A DNA stretch of 63,288 bases, the filler included. It is 5 parts of 5 records of this genome, joined end to end, with 100 filler letters (N's around TTAATTAATTAA, not from the genome) between each part and the next. Parts side by side here need not be neighbours in the genome. Positions count along the whole stretch, not along the records: positions 47,287 to 63,288 come from SRR31156797_4270; 4 more parts are not named here. One strand, written 5' to 3'. Below the pieces are notes generated by a model. The model worked only from the letters and a program-made list of their open reading frames with translations, had not been told where the DNA came from and ran no database searches. Below are positions 51,994-63,288 of this stretch, piece after piece. Numbering within the stretch: position 1 is the first letter of the stretch; every line of letters begins with the position of its first letter. The translations under genes and the position numbers were made by a program.

Positions 51994-52179
51994 TTACGAG
52001 AAATAGTAAGCCATGACAGCGCCAGCAACGACTAGACAACCACCTATGCGGCGTAATTGATTGTCTGGCTGTTCACTAAGTTGAGCGACCATCTGGCGCC
52101 AACCGTTCGGCGCAATCAACGGTCCGAGTCCCTCAACGACGAGTACAAGACCTAGTGCCATCCACAATGAATTAGACAT
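51994..52179 (-). CDS. yjeT: DUF2065/YjeT membrane protein
   Basis: ALGLVLVVEGLGP..LRRIGG; ATG 52179. Confidence 0.88.
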   Translation of the reverse strand: MSNSLWMALGLVLVVEGLGPLIAPNGWRQMVAQLSEQPDNQLRRIGGCLVVAGAVMAYYFS

Positions 52180-52195
52180 ATCTGTTCCCATAAAG

Positions 52196-52223
52196 AAAGG
52201 CTCCATCATGTGGAGCCTTTTTT
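52196..52223. terminator. Hairpin/terminator after hflC
   Basis: AAAGGCTCCA-TCATG-TGGAGCCTTT. Confidence 0.7.
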
Positions 52224-52241
52224 ATTTGATTAATGACGCAA

Positions 52242-53222
52242 TTATTTTACTGACTCGCCTTTAGCATTATTCATGTATTGGAAGAAGTCACTCTTCGGAT
52301 CCAACACTAAAATATCGCCTTTCTGGCTAAACGACTTCTCGTACGCTTTCAACGAACGTAAGAAGCTATAAAACTCAGGGTCTTTGTTATACGCATCAGA
52401 GTAAATCTTGGCCGCTTTTGCATCAGCATCACCACGTGTTACACGTGCGGTTTTATCCGCTTCAGCCAAAATTGTAGCTACTTCAAGTTCCGCTTGTGCA
52501 CGGATAACTTCCGCTTTTTCACGACCTTGAGAGCGGTGCTTACGAGCAACTGACTCACGCTCTGCACGCATACGACGGTAGATGGACTCACTGATTTCAT
52601 CAGGTAAGTTGATTTTCTTCATACGGAAATCAACCACTTCGACACCTAAGTCCTTCATCGCACTTTGACGAGTATCGTTAAGCACGTTTTCCATGATTTG
52701 ATCACGCTGACCATCAATTTCCAGAGCTTGCTTAGCCGCTTCCGTCGTTACAACTTCGGCATCCGCACTTTCCGGTAATACATCTTTGTTACGAGGGCCA
52801 GAAACGATTTGTTTGATTTCGCGTGCACCAATTTCTGAGCGAAGCACGTCAGTGACTTTACGCTCTAAAAGCGCTTCAGCAGTCATCGCATTACCGCCAC
52901 CCGTTGCCAGGTAATATTGACCGAAATCTTTAATACGCCATTTAACGTAGGTATCAATGATTACGTCTTTTTTCTCAGCGGTGACGAAACGGTCTGCACG
53001 GCCATCCATGGTTTGAATACGTGCATCAAGTGATTTCACACGATCAAACAGTGGCATTTTGATATGTAGACCAGGCTCATATATTTTAGCGATATCGTTG
53101 TTATCTTTCATTACTCGACCAAAACGAATAACAAAGCCTTTCTCCCCTTCAGGGATAACAAACATCGACATCAGTAATAGAGCCAATACTACGACAACAA
53201 CAGGGATCATTAACTTACGCAT
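52242..53222 (-). CDS. hflC: FtsH modulator HflC
   Basis: SPFH domain; LDARIQTMD, RMRAERE. Confidence 0.97.
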   Translation of the reverse strand: MRKLMIPVVVVVLALLLMSMFVIPEGEKGFVIRFGRVMKDNNDIAKIYEPGLHIKMPLFDRVKSLDARIQTMDGRADRFVTAEKKDVIIDTYVKWRIKDFGQYYLATGGGNAMTAEALLERKVTDVLRSEIGAREIKQIVSGPRNKDVLPESADAEVVTTEAAKQALEIDGQRDQIMENVLNDTRQSAMKDLGVEVVDFRMKKINLPDEISESIYRRMRAERESVARKHRSQGREKAEVIRAQAELEVATILAEADKTARVTRGDADAKAAKIYSDAYNKDPEFYSFLRSLKAYEKSFSQKGDILVLDPKSDFFQYMNNAKGESVK

Positions 53223-53224
53223 TA

Positions 53225-54424
53225 TTAGTATCTCCCTTGACGTGAACTGGTTGAACGAGATTGAGCATCAGTATCAGTATTCGATGTCGAACGCTGAGAT
53301 TCTAGCTCAATATGGTCGTAAGCCGATGATGACTTCTCAGCACGCTTTGTAGTAGTCGATTGCTGATCTGCCAACTTATCAATCGGCAAATAAAGCAGGT
53401 TACCACTAGATTCAGAATCAATAAGTACTTTAGAAGTGTTGCTATACACCTCTTCCATCGTATCTAAGTACAAACGGTTACGTGTAACTTCAGGCGCCGA
53501 TTGGTACTCAGGTAGTAGCTTTTCAAACTGAGCCACTTGACCCAGAGATTCGTTAACAACACGCTCGTTGTAACCCAAAGCTTCTTTTTTCAGACGTTCA
53601 GCACGCCCTGTTGCCTTAGGAAGAATTTCATTTTTATAAGCTTCAGCTTCACGAATGAAACGCTCTTCATCCTCACGAGCCGCGATAGCATCATCAAACG
53701 CATCTTTCACTTGCTCAGGTGGACGAGCAGACTGGAAGTTCACGTCAACGATGATTAAACCCATATCGTAGCTATCAATAATTTGATTCAACGTTTCTTG
53801 AGTGCTTTGACGAATCTGTTGACGACCACTGGTTAGGATGCTGTCCATTAGTGAATCACCAATTACCGCACGTAACGCTGAATCCGTAGCTTGGCGTAAG
53901 CTATCGTCCGCATTCGTTACTCGGTATAGGTACTTGAACGGGTCTGCAACACGGTATTGAACATCCATTGCAACCGTCACAACGTTCTCATCTTTGGTCA
54001 GCATTAGACCCGATGCGCGCATTGAGCGGATTGCTTGAATATTTACCGGAGTAACTTCGTCGATAAAGCGAGGACGCCAGTTTAGACCAGGCTCGACAAT
54101 ACGATCGTACTTACCTAAACGCAGCACAACACCACGCTCGGCTTCGCCGATAGTATAGAAACCAGCAAAGACCCAGATAGCAATCGCAATCACTGCAATC
54201 ACACCAAAGCCAATTGCTCCGCCGCCGGAGAAAGAAGGGCCTTTACCGCCACCACCTTTCTTACCAAATTTTCCACCCAGTTTTTGACTCAGCTTGTTAA
54301 ACACTTCATCTAGATCTGGTGGACCTTGTTCACGGCCGCCTTTATCACCACGATTATTGTTACCCCATGGGTCATTATCGCGGCCATTATTGCCGTTATT
54401 ATTTCCGGGCTCATTCCACGCCAT
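53225..54424 (-). CDS. hflK: FtsH modulator HflK
   Basis: MAWNEPG, GPPDLDE, MLTKDENVV. Confidence 0.97.
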   Translation of the reverse strand: MAWNEPGNNNGNNGRDNDPWGNNNRGDKGGREQGPPDLDEVFNKLSQKLGGKFGKKGGGGKGPSFSGGGAIGFGVIAVIAIAIWVFAGFYTIGEAERGVVLRLGKYDRIVEPGLNWRPRFIDEVTPVNIQAIRSMRASGLMLTKDENVVTVAMDVQYRVADPFKYLYRVTNADDSLRQATDSALRAVIGDSLMDSILTSGRQQIRQSTQETLNQIIDSYDMGLIIVDVNFQSARPPEQVKDAFDDAIAAREDEERFIREAEAYKNEILPKATGRAERLKKEALGYNERVVNESLGQVAQFEKLLPEYQSAPEVTRNRLYLDTMEEVYSNTSKVLIDSESSGNLLYLPIDKLADQQSTTTKRAEKSSSAYDHIELESQRSTSNTDTDAQSRSTSSRQGRY

Positions 54425-54469
54425 TAGAAAGCTCCATCATTTGATATGACGTTATACTCTAGCAGTCCT

Positions 54470-55759
54470 TTAAGTAACTATAAAGTCACGTAAAACTGCC
54501 TCTTCTCTTTTCTCTAGTCTAGACCAATCTACCTGCTGCATACGAATTGATATCAGCAAATTGCCCTCTGAATCATAATCTTCGTCCTGAATACAGTTCA
54601 TTTGGAAGAAAGTACTGCGTATTCGGCCTTGATGCTGCGGCGGAACACACAACTTGTATTCAACGATTTGACTGGCTAAACGTTCAGTCAACGCCTGAAA
54701 CAGCAAATCAATGCCCAGGCCTTCCATTGCTGAGATCCAGACAGCTCTTGGCATTCCCTCGTCATCTCTTTCTATACGAGGCTCTTGCAGATCTAGATTG
54801 TCAATCTTGTTCATGACTAACAGGACTGGCACTTCATCGGCGTCAATTTCCTGTAACACATCATCAACAGCTTGGATATTCTCACGAAAACGGTCGTCAC
54901 TTGCATCAACAACATGTAACAAAATGTCAGCTTCTTGCGTTTCTTGCAGTGTTGCTTTAAACGCTGCCACCAAATCATGTGGCAAATGACGAATAAAACC
55001 AACTGTATCCGCTAAAACAGCCGGACCGACATCATCCAACTGAATTTTTCTTAACGTTGGATCCAATGTCGCAAACAATTGGTCAGCAGCGTATACCCCT
55101 GCTTCAGTAATTCGGTTAAACAGAGTCGACTTACCCGCGTTGGTATAACCAACGAGAGAGACTGTCGGTATTTCCGCTCTGTTTCTTGCACGTCTGCCTT
55201 GCTCACGCTGTTTAGCTACACGCTCTAAACGGCGCAAAATTGCTTTAATTCGTTCACGCAATAAACGTCGGTCGGTTTCTAACTGGGTTTCACCCGGACC
55301 ACGTAGGCCGATACCACCTTTCTGGCGTTCCAAGTGCGTCCAACCTCGAATCAATCGAGTTGAAAGATGACGTAACTGAGCTAGCTCGACTTGCAACTTA
55401 CCTTCATGGGTACGCGCTCGCTGAGCAAAGATATCAAGAATTAAACCAGTACGGTCAACAACACGACACTGACATAAGGCTTCTAGGTTACGTTCTTGGG
55501 CAGGAGAAAGGGAATGGTTGAAGATCACCACATCGGCTTCTGTAGCTTTAATCGCCTGTGCAATCTCTTGGGCTTTACCTTCACCAACATAATATTTAGG
55601 GTGAGGAGATTGACGACTTCCGGTGATCACCTGAAGTGTCTCAACTCCTGCGGAAGATACCAGCATTTCGCATTCGCTGAGATCTTCCCATTCACCCTGT
55701 TGCGTGAAGTTGATATGAACAAGTACGGCTCGCTCACCGGCTTCATAACGGTCAAACAA
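54470..55759 (-). CDS. hflX: Ribosome-splitting GTPase HflX
   Basis: GYTNAGKST, LFATLDPT, DTVGF, NKID. Confidence 0.98.
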   Translation of the reverse strand: MFDRYEAGERAVLVHINFTQQGEWEDLSECEMLVSSAGVETLQVITGSRQSPHPKYYVGEGKAQEIAQAIKATEADVVIFNHSLSPAQERNLEALCQCRVVDRTGLILDIFAQRARTHEGKLQVELAQLRHLSTRLIRGWTHLERQKGGIGLRGPGETQLETDRRLLRERIKAILRRLERVAKQREQGRRARNRAEIPTVSLVGYTNAGKSTLFNRITEAGVYAADQLFATLDPTLRKIQLDDVGPAVLADTVGFIRHLPHDLVAAFKATLQETQEADILLHVVDASDDRFRENIQAVDDVLQEIDADEVPVLLVMNKIDNLDLQEPRIERDDEGMPRAVWISAMEGLGIDLLFQALTERLASQIVEYKLCVPPQHQGRIRSTFFQMNCIQDEDYDSEGNLLISIRMQQVDWSRLEKREEAVLRDFIVT

Positions 55760-55801
55760 GCTATCAACTCCTTAATAAATATAGCTTTATATTTTTAATA
55801 A

Positions 55802-56104
<303 letters not shown>

Positions 56105-56259
56105 CTAGCGGTGCACTAAAAATCGGTGCAGACCTTGCCTATGAGCTAAACGAATAAAAACCCCGTTGTGAAATGATATGGTGATAAAAAAACCAAAAAC
56201 AAGTCACGATCCCTGACAGGGTAAATCACGCAAAAGCGATCACATTATACACAGTGAAA

Positions 56260-57192
56260 TCAATCTAATGCTATGGCATTTGAAACTGTTTCGAATGCAA
56301 GATCAATGTTTTCGCTATCTAACCAAGTTAGATCATCCCAGCTGCGCAACCAGGTGATCTGACGCTTGGCCAATTGGCGGGTTGCACAAACTCCACGAAA
56401 AATCGCTTCATCTAAACTGCAATTCCCATCCAAGTAGTCCCACATCTGTCGATAACCCACACAGCGAATCGAGGGTAAATCTGGATGAAGATCCTTTCGA
56501 GCATAGAGTGCTTTCATTTCATCTTCAAATCCATTTTCAACCATCTTTTCAAAGCGTAGCTCAATTCGACGATGGAGCTCTGCCCTTTCCTTGGGTGCTA
56601 TTGCGAACTGCTTAACTCGAAATGGAAGTGGTTCTCCTTTCGTTTTCGTCAGCTCAGTTAGAGTTTTACCTGAAATTCGATAAACTTCCAATGCCCGCGA
56701 CAATCTTTGTGGATCATTTGGGTGAATTCTCTCAGCAGAGACCGGATCTATCGCTTTAAGTTGGTCATGTAAAGCGTCCCAACCATTATCATTGGCTTCT
56801 TTTTCAATTTGCTGACGAATTTCAGGATCCGCCGCCGGTAAAGGAGATAACCCTTCAAGTAGCGCTTTGTAATACAGCATAGTGCCCCCCACCAGCAGTG
56901 GGATCTTGCCTTGAGCCGCTATCTCATGCATCTCATTTAACGCATCACGACGAAAATCCGCCGCAGAATACGATTCGCTCGGATCGAGAATATCGATCAA
57001 GCGATGCGGAGCCAATTGCTGCTCTCTAGCATCCGGTTTCGCCGTACCAATATCCATACCTTTATAGATTAACGCTGAATCAACACTGATGATTTCAACG
57101 AGGTACTTCTGACGTAAACGTATCGCCAGTTCGGTCTTTCCTGATGCGGTTGGCCCCATTAAAAATAGAGCCAAAGGTAAATCTTTGGTCAT
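56260..57192 (-). CDS. miaA: tRNA dimethylallyltransferase
   Basis: [32 protein letters not shown]. Confidence 0.98.
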   Translation of the reverse strand: MTKDLPLALFLMGPTASGKTELAIRLRQKYLVEIISVDSALIYKGMDIGTAKPDAREQQLAPHRLIDILDPSESYSAADFRRDALNEMHEIAAQGKIPLLVGGTMLYYKALLEGLSPLPAADPEIRQQIEKEANDNGWDALHDQLKAIDPVSAERIHPNDPQRLSRALEVYRISGKTLTELTKTKGEPLPFRVKQFAIAPKERAELHRRIELRFEKMVENGFEDEMKALYARKDLHPDLPSIRCVGYRQMWDYLDGNCSLDEAIFRGVCATRQLAKRQITWLRSWDDLTWLDSENIDLAFETVSNAIALD

Positions 57193-57197
57193 GAGTT

Positions 57198-59129
57198 TTA
57201 TGCTTTTAGTGCTTCTATCGTTGCAGAAAAATCTACAGCTTTGACAAAATTGGTGTCATTTAAAGGCAAACTTCCTTGCCATAACTGCTCAAGTTCAGAA
57301 ATCAATTGAATAGCTTCAGATAGAGTGTAGCTTGGTTTTGTCACAGAGACTTGCCGACTTAACCACTGGGCTAAATTTTGACTATCTAATTCCTGCTGCG
57401 ATTGAGTCAGATTCGAAGCCGCGTAAGATAACAGATCTTGTACCAAGTTTTGTAAGTTTTGCTGACGTAGAGGTTGCGGAACCCCCATTAGCATCAAGCT
57501 TTGTGGAGAGCGACGCTGAATTTCAATACCAAACTGGTCAAATAGTAAGTGATAGTGTTCAACCGCAGACATCTCTTCAGCGGAAACCTTTAACGATAAC
57601 GGTACCAGCAGCGGCTGACTTTTCAGCTTACCCTGCTGAGTATTCAGTTGCCCTAACACTCTCAACCACTCAGCCTTAGCCAATGACAGCAAAACACACC
57701 CTTGAGGTGAATTCATAAGTAAGAACTGCTGTTCGATGACAGTGATGGCCTTACCTAGTTGTTCAATCACAACGGGTTCTGCAGACCGCTTCTCAACAGG
57801 CTGCTCATAGACATCTTCTTCGTGACGAGGGTTCTCTGGCTCAGGCGTCTTCATCAACTCCTGATACACACGAACTTCAGCTTTGCTCGGTGACTTATCT
57901 ATCACTCTTTCTTGTGCTGGTTTTTGTTTTGGACGAGCAGATTCAACCCATTCACTGCGTTGAGCGGTTTCGCGAACTTGATGTGTACCCTGAGATTCAG
58001 CTGTCGATTTTCTCGGATAGGCCGGCGAGTTTTCAACCGCCTGCATCACTCGATCAGAAACATCACTCGTTGGTACTGTTTCTTCTGGCGTATGGAATGC
58101 ACCTTCATTGATTTCAGGAGCCTGAATATGCTGGCTTTCAGCCAGAGCACTGCTCAAAGCCTGATAGATAAAATCATGGACTAAACGCGACTGATGAAAA
58201 CGCACCTCGTGCTTAGCCGGGTGGACGTTGACATCAACCTGATGAGGATCAATTTCAATGTACAGCACATAAGTGGCAAACTGATCCGCCCTTAAACTGC
58301 TTTCGTAACTTTGACGGATCGCATGGTTGATCAATTTGTCGCGCATCATACGGCCATTTACGTAGCAATATTGAATATCGCTCTGCTGACGGGCACCTTC
58401 CGGTGTGGTTATCCAACCATTAAGTTTTAATCCTTGGTGTTCCAATTCAATCTTCAGCATGGAACGCACAAAAGCACCACCGCAAACGGCTGCAATACGT
58501 TTCTCGGCTTGAATTTCTGTTTTTGCCGCGCGGTACTGACGTACCATTTTTCCGTTATGACGCAGATTAAACGTCACATCAAACCGGCTGAGAGCGATAC
58601 GTTTTAACAGCTCATCGATGTGAGTAAATTCCGTCTTTTCAGTACGCAAGAATTTACGGCGGGCTGGTGTATTAAAGAATAGGTCTAAGACTTCTACCGT
58701 GGAACCAATAGGATGCGCAGCAGGCTGAAGCTTGACTTCCATCTCACGTCCTTCGCTGTATGCTGACCAGGCTTCATCCTGAGTCGCAGGGCGAGAGGTC
58801 AATGTTAAGCGAGAAACAGAGCTAATACTGGCTAACGCTTCACCACGAAAGCCCAAACTGATGATAGCTTCGAGATCATCGAGAGTGTGGATTTTCGACG
58901 TAGCATGACGACTCAAAGCCAGACCTAGCTCATCCTTAGAGATACCACAGCCATTATCTCGGATTCGAATCAGCTTAGCGCCGCCTTTTTCGATATCGAT
59001 ATCGATACGTGTAGCACCGGAATCTAAGCTATTTTCTACCAACTCTTTTACGACAGAAGCGGGTCTTTCTACCACCTCACCTGCGGCAATTTGGTTGGCT
59101 AAACGAGCGGGTAATATCTGAATCGTCAT
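57198..59129 (-). CDS. mutL: DNA mismatch repair protein MutL
   Basis: [32 protein letters not shown]. Confidence 0.98.
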   Translation of the reverse strand: MTIQILPARLANQIAAGEVVERPASVVKELVENSLDSGATRIDIDIEKGGAKLIRIRDNGCGISKDELGLALSRHATSKIHTLDDLEAIISLGFRGEALASISSVSRLTLTSRPATQDEAWSAYSEGREMEVKLQPAAHPIGSTVEVLDLFFNTPARRKFLRTEKTEFTHIDELLKRIALSRFDVTFNLRHNGKMVRQYRAAKTEIQAEKRIAAVCGGAFVRSMLKIELEHQGLKLNGWITTPEGARQQSDIQYCYVNGRMMRDKLINHAIRQSYESSLRADQFATYVLYIEIDPHQVDVNVHPAKHEVRFHQSRLVHDFIYQALSSALAESQHIQAPEINEGAFHTPEETVPTSDVSDRVMQAVENSPAYPRKSTAESQGTHQVRETAQRSEWVESARPKQKPAQERVIDKSPSKAEVRVYQELMKTPEPENPRHEEDVYEQPVEKRSAEPVVIEQLGKAITVIEQQFLLMNSPQGCVLLSLAKAEWLRVLGQLNTQQGKLKSQPLLVPLSLKVSAEEMSAVEHYHLLFDQFGIEIQRRSPQSLMLMGVPQPLRQQNLQNLVQDLLSYAASNLTQSQQELDSQNLAQWLSRQVSVTKPSYTLSEAIQLISELEQLWQGSLPLNDTNFVKAVDFSATIEALKA

Positions 59130-59143
59130 ATTAACTTTTTAGG

Positions 59144-60856
59144 TCACTTATTGGGGATAATCAGCACTTGTCCGACCGCTAACTGATCGGAACGTAAGCT
59201 GTTCGCTTTTCTGACACTAGAGACACTGACACCATACTTAGTAGCAATCTTACCTAAGTACTCACCTCTCCTCACCGTATGCTTACGTACAGGGCGGTCT
59301 TTGAGGCTCACTGTTATTTTTAGCTTTTGTCCCAGCTTTAAGGTATCTGACCTTAGGTTATTTTCACGCTTAATCGCGGCTACAGAAACTTTGTAAGTAC
59401 TCGCTAACTTACCTAGGTAATCACCTTTTTCGACGGTATGAGTAATGGTTTCTGTCTCGACAGGGTTACTAACCACCGGAACTTTAAGCGGTGTACTTCC
59501 ACCAGGAATCGTCAATACTTGACCAATGGCGAGGCTGTTACTTTTAAGTTTGTTGGTGCTTTTAATCGCTTCGATGCTGGTACCGTATTTATTGGCAATA
59601 ACCGATAGCGAATCACCACGTTGCACTTTGTATTTTTGCGTTTTATTGCGGTTCGCAATCAAAGTCCCTTCTGGCGGGTTCTCTTCAAAATACTGCGCAA
59701 TGGCTTTCGCTAATGCTCGCGCTAACTTATCCTGATGACTGCGTTGAAATAACAGTTTTTCTTCTGTCGGGTTAGAAATAAACCCGGTTTCGACTAATAC
59801 CGATGGAATGTCCGGTGATTTAAGCACTGCAAGACTGGCGTTTACTGGCTCTTTTTTATGCAGATGAGCAACTTTGCCCATTTCACTTAAGATGTTCTTG
59901 GCAACTTTATAGCCCTCTTTTTGAGAGTGGCTGAACTGCAAATCTAGAAGTGTTTGGCTAACGTTGCGGTCATTGTTGTTTTTTGCCAGAACCTGACCTG
60001 CCCCACCTAACAACTCTGATTGTTGTTCATGGTTCTCTACCCAGCGAGCAATTTCAGTATTCGCCCGACGAGTATTCAGTACAAACACCGAAGCTCCTCT
60101 AGGTTTAGGCGAACCAAAGGCATCCGCATGAATCGATACGAGTAAATGAGCCTTGTTCTTACGCGCAATATCAGAGCGCTTATTTAAGTTAACAAAGTAA
60201 TCACCGCGGCGAGTCAGAACGCCTTTCATACCAGGAATCGCGTCTAACTGATCAACCAACTTCTTAGAGATACTTAATGTTGCATTCTTTTCATACTTAC
60301 GAGTCGGTCCAATAGAACCTGGGTCTTCACCACCATGCCCGGCATCTACGGCAATAACGATGTTGTCAGTGCCATAGAACTGCGATGCATCTCGACTCAC
60401 TTTAGTTGGTGAGCTGCTTGTGGCGTTAGGTTGAGAGGCTTGCTCATGCGGTAAGTCAACCACTAACCGATGTCCATATTGCCCGCCAGGTGTGGGAGCT
60501 AAAGTGAATAACTTAGCTGAAGACTTCTTTTTCAGTTCAAATACCAAACGATAAGTCTGTTTGTTTGGTGGAGAGCTGGAGCGAATCTTAGTGAGGACTT
60601 CACTGTCCGTTACTTTGAGCGGTAACTTAGATTTAGAAGAGGTGTTTTTCAAGTCAATGACTAACCGCTCAGGGCTAGTCAAAGTAAAATAGGTAAAACT
60701 CACTTCAGACTGAACATCAATCACAACGCGTGTTTCGTCCGGGGATGGCCATACTCGCACCCCTTCAAGAACATTGGCGTTGGCTATTGGTGTAAAAAGT
60801 GTCGTCGCTAAGGCAACGAAAGCAATGAAAAAACGAAAGTAAGATCTGATCAACAT
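59144..60856 (-). CDS. amiB: N-acetylmuramoyl-L-alanine amidase AmiB (AMIN, Amidase_3, three LysM)
   Basis: [24 protein letters not shown]; three LysM repeats. Confidence 0.93.
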   Translation of the reverse strand: MLIRSYFRFFIAFVALATTLFTPIANANVLEGVRVWPSPDETRVVIDVQSEVSFTYFTLTSPERLVIDLKNTSSKSKLPLKVTDSEVLTKIRSSSPPNKQTYRLVFELKKKSSAKLFTLAPTPGGQYGHRLVVDLPHEQASQPNATSSSPTKVSRDASQFYGTDNIVIAVDAGHGGEDPGSIGPTRKYEKNATLSISKKLVDQLDAIPGMKGVLTRRGDYFVNLNKRSDIARKNKAHLLVSIHADAFGSPKPRGASVFVLNTRRANTEIARWVENHEQQSELLGGAGQVLAKNNNDRNVSQTLLDLQFSHSQKEGYKVAKNILSEMGKVAHLHKKEPVNASLAVLKSPDIPSVLVETGFISNPTEEKLLFQRSHQDKLARALAKAIAQYFEENPPEGTLIANRNKTQKYKVQRGDSLSVIANKYGTSIEAIKSTNKLKSNSLAIGQVLTIPGGSTPLKVPVVSNPVETETITHTVEKGDYLGKLASTYKVSVAAIKRENNLRSDTLKLGQKLKITVSLKDRPVRKHTVRRGEYLGKIATKYGVSVSSVRKANSLRSDQLAVGQVLIIPNK

Positions 60857-61314
60857 AGCTCCAACTGACTCAGTAACGTACGTCCATACTCGTTATTAGC
60901 GGTCAGCAATGCTTGACGTTGTTCACCATCGTAACGAATTTCGATATCAATATCCGAAGTAGGCAGTAACCCCTGCCCCTTTTCTGGCCACTCAACCAGA
61001 CAGATCGCATCATCAGTGAAATAATCTCGGATCCCCATAAATTCAAGCTCTTCGGGATCCGCTAAACGATATAAATCGAAATGATAAACCTGCCAGTCAG
61101 CAAGCTGATAAGGTTCAACCAAAGTATAAGTTGGGCTTTTTACATTTCCCTGATGCCCTAACGCACGGATAAAGCCTCGGCTAAATGTGGTTTTCCCAGC
61201 ACCAAGATCACCATGCAAATAGAGCGTTGTCTGTTGAGAACACAACTTTGATAGTTCTGTGCCAAGTTTCACGGTTGCCTGCTCATCTTTTAAAGTAAAC
61301 GTCTTAGTGCTCAT
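60850..61314 (-). CDS. tsaE: t6A biosynthesis ATPase TsaE
   Basis: [28 protein letters not shown]. Confidence 0.97.
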   Translation of the reverse strand: MSTKTFTLKDEQATVKLGTELSKLCSQQTTLYLHGDLGAGKTTFSRGFIRALGHQGNVKSPTYTLVEPYQLADWQVYHFDLYRLADPEELEFMGIRDYFTDDAICLVEWPEKGQGLLPTSDIDIEIRYDGEQRQALLTANNEYGRTLLSQLELC

Positions 61315-61533
61315 TTAATATTTCTCAACTTCGTCGTTGGCTTTGACATCCCAACGACTATATAAAAACCAATACAACCCGAATAGTAAACTGGGAAGGA
61401 ATTGTGAGACAAGCAATCTTCTGTAAGCAAACAGAAAAATCTATGATCATTTTCCTTGCAACATCTTCTGACGCTAGATCCGCAACTGGAGATCCGTTAA
61501 GATCCTCGCCCCATACTCTAAGCCTAACTCACC

Positions 61534-62646
61534 ATGGATTATCAACAGCTAGCCGATCAGATCAAACTCTGGGCGACCGAACTCGGTTTCGAGAAAGTCG
61601 GCATCAGTGATATTGATCTGCAAGAACATGAACCGGCTCTCCAGCAATGGCTCGAAGCTGGATACCATGGTGAAATGGATTGGATGGCTCGCCATGGGAT
61701 GATGCGTGCACGCCCCGCAGAGCTGCTGCCGGGAACGCTACGAGTAATCAGTGCTCGAATGAACTACCTTCCTCCGGAAGCTCAATTTGCCTCTAACCTA
61801 TCTAATCCGACCCAAGCTTATATCAGTCGTTATGCTCTTGGACGCGATTACCACAAATTAGTTCGTAATCAATTGAAAAAACTCGGGGAAAAAATCGCTA
61901 AAGAAGTGGAAACGCTAGGTTTTCGCCCTTTTGTCGATTCCGCGCCGATACTCGAACGCCCACTGGCACAAAAAGCCGGATTAGGTTGGACAGGCAAGCA
62001 TTCACTGATTTTGGACAAAGATGCGGGGTCATGGTTCTTTTTAGGGGAGCTGTTAGTCGACATTCCTCTCCCCGTCGATGCCCCATCAGAAAATCAATGT
62101 GGTAAATGTACGGCCTGCATCACTTCTTGCCCCACGGGAGCAATCGTTGAAGAAGGCGTCGTAGATTCGCGTCGTTGTATATCCTATCTCACTATTGAGT
62201 TTGATGGTGTTATCCCAGAAGAATTCCGTAAAGCAATGGGCAACCGAATTTATGGCTGTGATGACTGCCAACTCGTGTGTCCTTGGAACCGATTTTCTGA
62301 CCTAACTTCCAAGCAAGATTTTCATCGCCGACCAGCATTTCAATCTCCGGATCTCGTTACCTTATTCGAATGGGATGAGAACACCTTCCTCAAAAATATG
62401 GAAGGTTCTGCGATTCGACGAATTGGCCATCAGCAATGGCAACGAAATATTGCAGTTGCTATGGGTAACGCTCCCTACTCTGATAAGGTCATTGAAGCAC
62501 TACAAAATGCAAAAGGGCGTTCTGAACTCTTGGATATTCATATTCAATGGGCCCTTGAACAGCAATACGCTCAACAGCCAATACAAAGTACTAAGCAGCA
62601 ACGGTTAATTCGAATAATTCAGAAAGGACTTACTAGAGACGCATAG
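61534..62646 (+). CDS. queG: Epoxyqueuosine reductase
   Basis: SRYALGRDYH, VDSAPILER, CGKCTACITSCP, GCDDCQLVCPWN. Confidence 0.97.
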   Translation: MDYQQLADQIKLWATELGFEKVGISDIDLQEHEPALQQWLEAGYHGEMDWMARHGMMRARPAELLPGTLRVISARMNYLPPEAQFASNLSNPTQAYISRYALGRDYHKLVRNQLKKLGEKIAKEVETLGFRPFVDSAPILERPLAQKAGLGWTGKHSLILDKDAGSWFFLGELLVDIPLPVDAPSENQCGKCTACITSCPTGAIVEEGVVDSRRCISYLTIEFDGVIPEEFRKAMGNRIYGCDDCQLVCPWNRFSDLTSKQDFHRRPAFQSPDLVTLFEWDENTFLKNMEGSAIRRIGHQQWQRNIAVAMGNAPYSDKVIEALQNAKGRSELLDIHIQWALEQQYAQQPIQSTKQQRLIRIIQKGLTRDA

Positions 62647-62657
62647 ACATTGCACTT

Positions 62658-63003
62658 ATATACACAAAATTTATGCATGTACCTTGATATGCTTCTCAAA
62701 TCAGACCTATGTGGAAAAAAAATTATTGCAGTAAACTTTTCTATATTTGAGAAAAGTTAGTCACATCAGCAGGAAATGATTAGGATCAAGGAAAATACAG
62801 TTAATGATCGTTTTTTACTAATTATTAGCCATATAAAAATGAAAACAACCCATTAAAAAACAACAACTTAAGCAAAATTAGACCGATTATAGCAATCTCT
62901 ATTACCACAAAAGATCCTGATTCTTCATTGAGTTTACTAAACAAAAAACAAATTATTCACCGAGTTATCCACAATTATATTTTGTGGATAAGTCTGTGCA
63001 TGA
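62658..63003. promoter_or_regulatory. datA-like cluster of DnaA boxes and IHF-like sites
   Basis: TGTGGAAAA 62710, TTATCCACA 62965, TGTGGATAA 62983, degenerate boxes 62658/62953/62995; IHF-like AAACAANNNNTTA at 62843 and 62858; lies between queG and tRNA-Gly. Confidence 0.7.
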
Positions 63004-63225
63004 ACAGTATAAAGATATCCTGAACACTGAGTACAGATGGGATAAAGAGGCAATTGAAGAATTTGCTTTTATCGAAAGGAGCTCGACCTAAATTAGGTGA
63101 GTTTCAACTTAGAGGGCTTATGCTTCACAGCATTATAGAAAGAGCATTGGCAATATGCCAAGTTTTGCAGTGTCAAAAGCAAAAAAATCTGCGACAAGCG
63201 CAGTTTACTTTTAATATTTTGATTT

Positions 63226-63288
63226 TGGAGCGACACACGAGGTTCCCAGCTCTTAAATAAAAAGGCGTGACCTCAACCTTGGCAAGCT
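63226..63288 (-). pseudogene. Interrupted tRNA-Gly(GCC) copy, truncated by window edge
   Basis: Reverse strand CTTGCCAAGGTTGAGGTCACG-[20 nt]-GAACCTCGTGTGTCGCTCCA; part of the T-arm replaced. Confidence 0.7.

Noticed and set aside
62647-63050. Replication origin oriC
   Set aside because: Flanked by queG and tRNA-Gly rather than gidA/mioC, with no clear 13-mer unwinding repeats; datA-like fits better.
63054-63260. 68-aa ORF
   Set aside because: No recognisable features and overlaps the tRNA-Gly-derived sequence.

Overview
The window is a concatenation of five unrelated contigs joined by 100-nt N/TTAATTAATTAA spacers (7555-7654, 21891-21990, 29452-29551, 47187-47286), so nothing should be inferred across junctions. 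(1) 1-7554: Bacteroidota-type tandem FtsX/MacB-like ABC permeases. (2) 7655-21890: Bacteroidota cbb3 oxidase operon (ccoNO with an extra cytochrome c domain, ccoQ, P, G, H, I) followed by a glycosyl/sulfotransferase cluster. (3) 21991-29451: Bacteroidota contig with the main finding, an integron-like array of four single-gene cassettes. Each cassette is bounded by its own 8-10 bp GTT.../...AA(C) inverted core pair, and cassettes are separated by attC-like hairpins whose substitution mismatches mostly favour bottom-strand folding. The array starts at an attI-like site with no adjacent integrase and ends in what looks like a group IIC intron 3' end inserted into the fourth site. (4) 29552-47186: Clostridia-like contig (floA, asd, tRNA-Thr, tadA, xylB, neuB/C/A, a hydrolase pseudogene, a tRNA fragment). 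(5) 47287-63288: Vibrio-like core region from rpsL to queG, ending in a datA-like DnaA-box/IHF locus and an interrupted tRNA-Gly. Taxonomy and product calls come from motif and gene-order recognition only; no database search was run.
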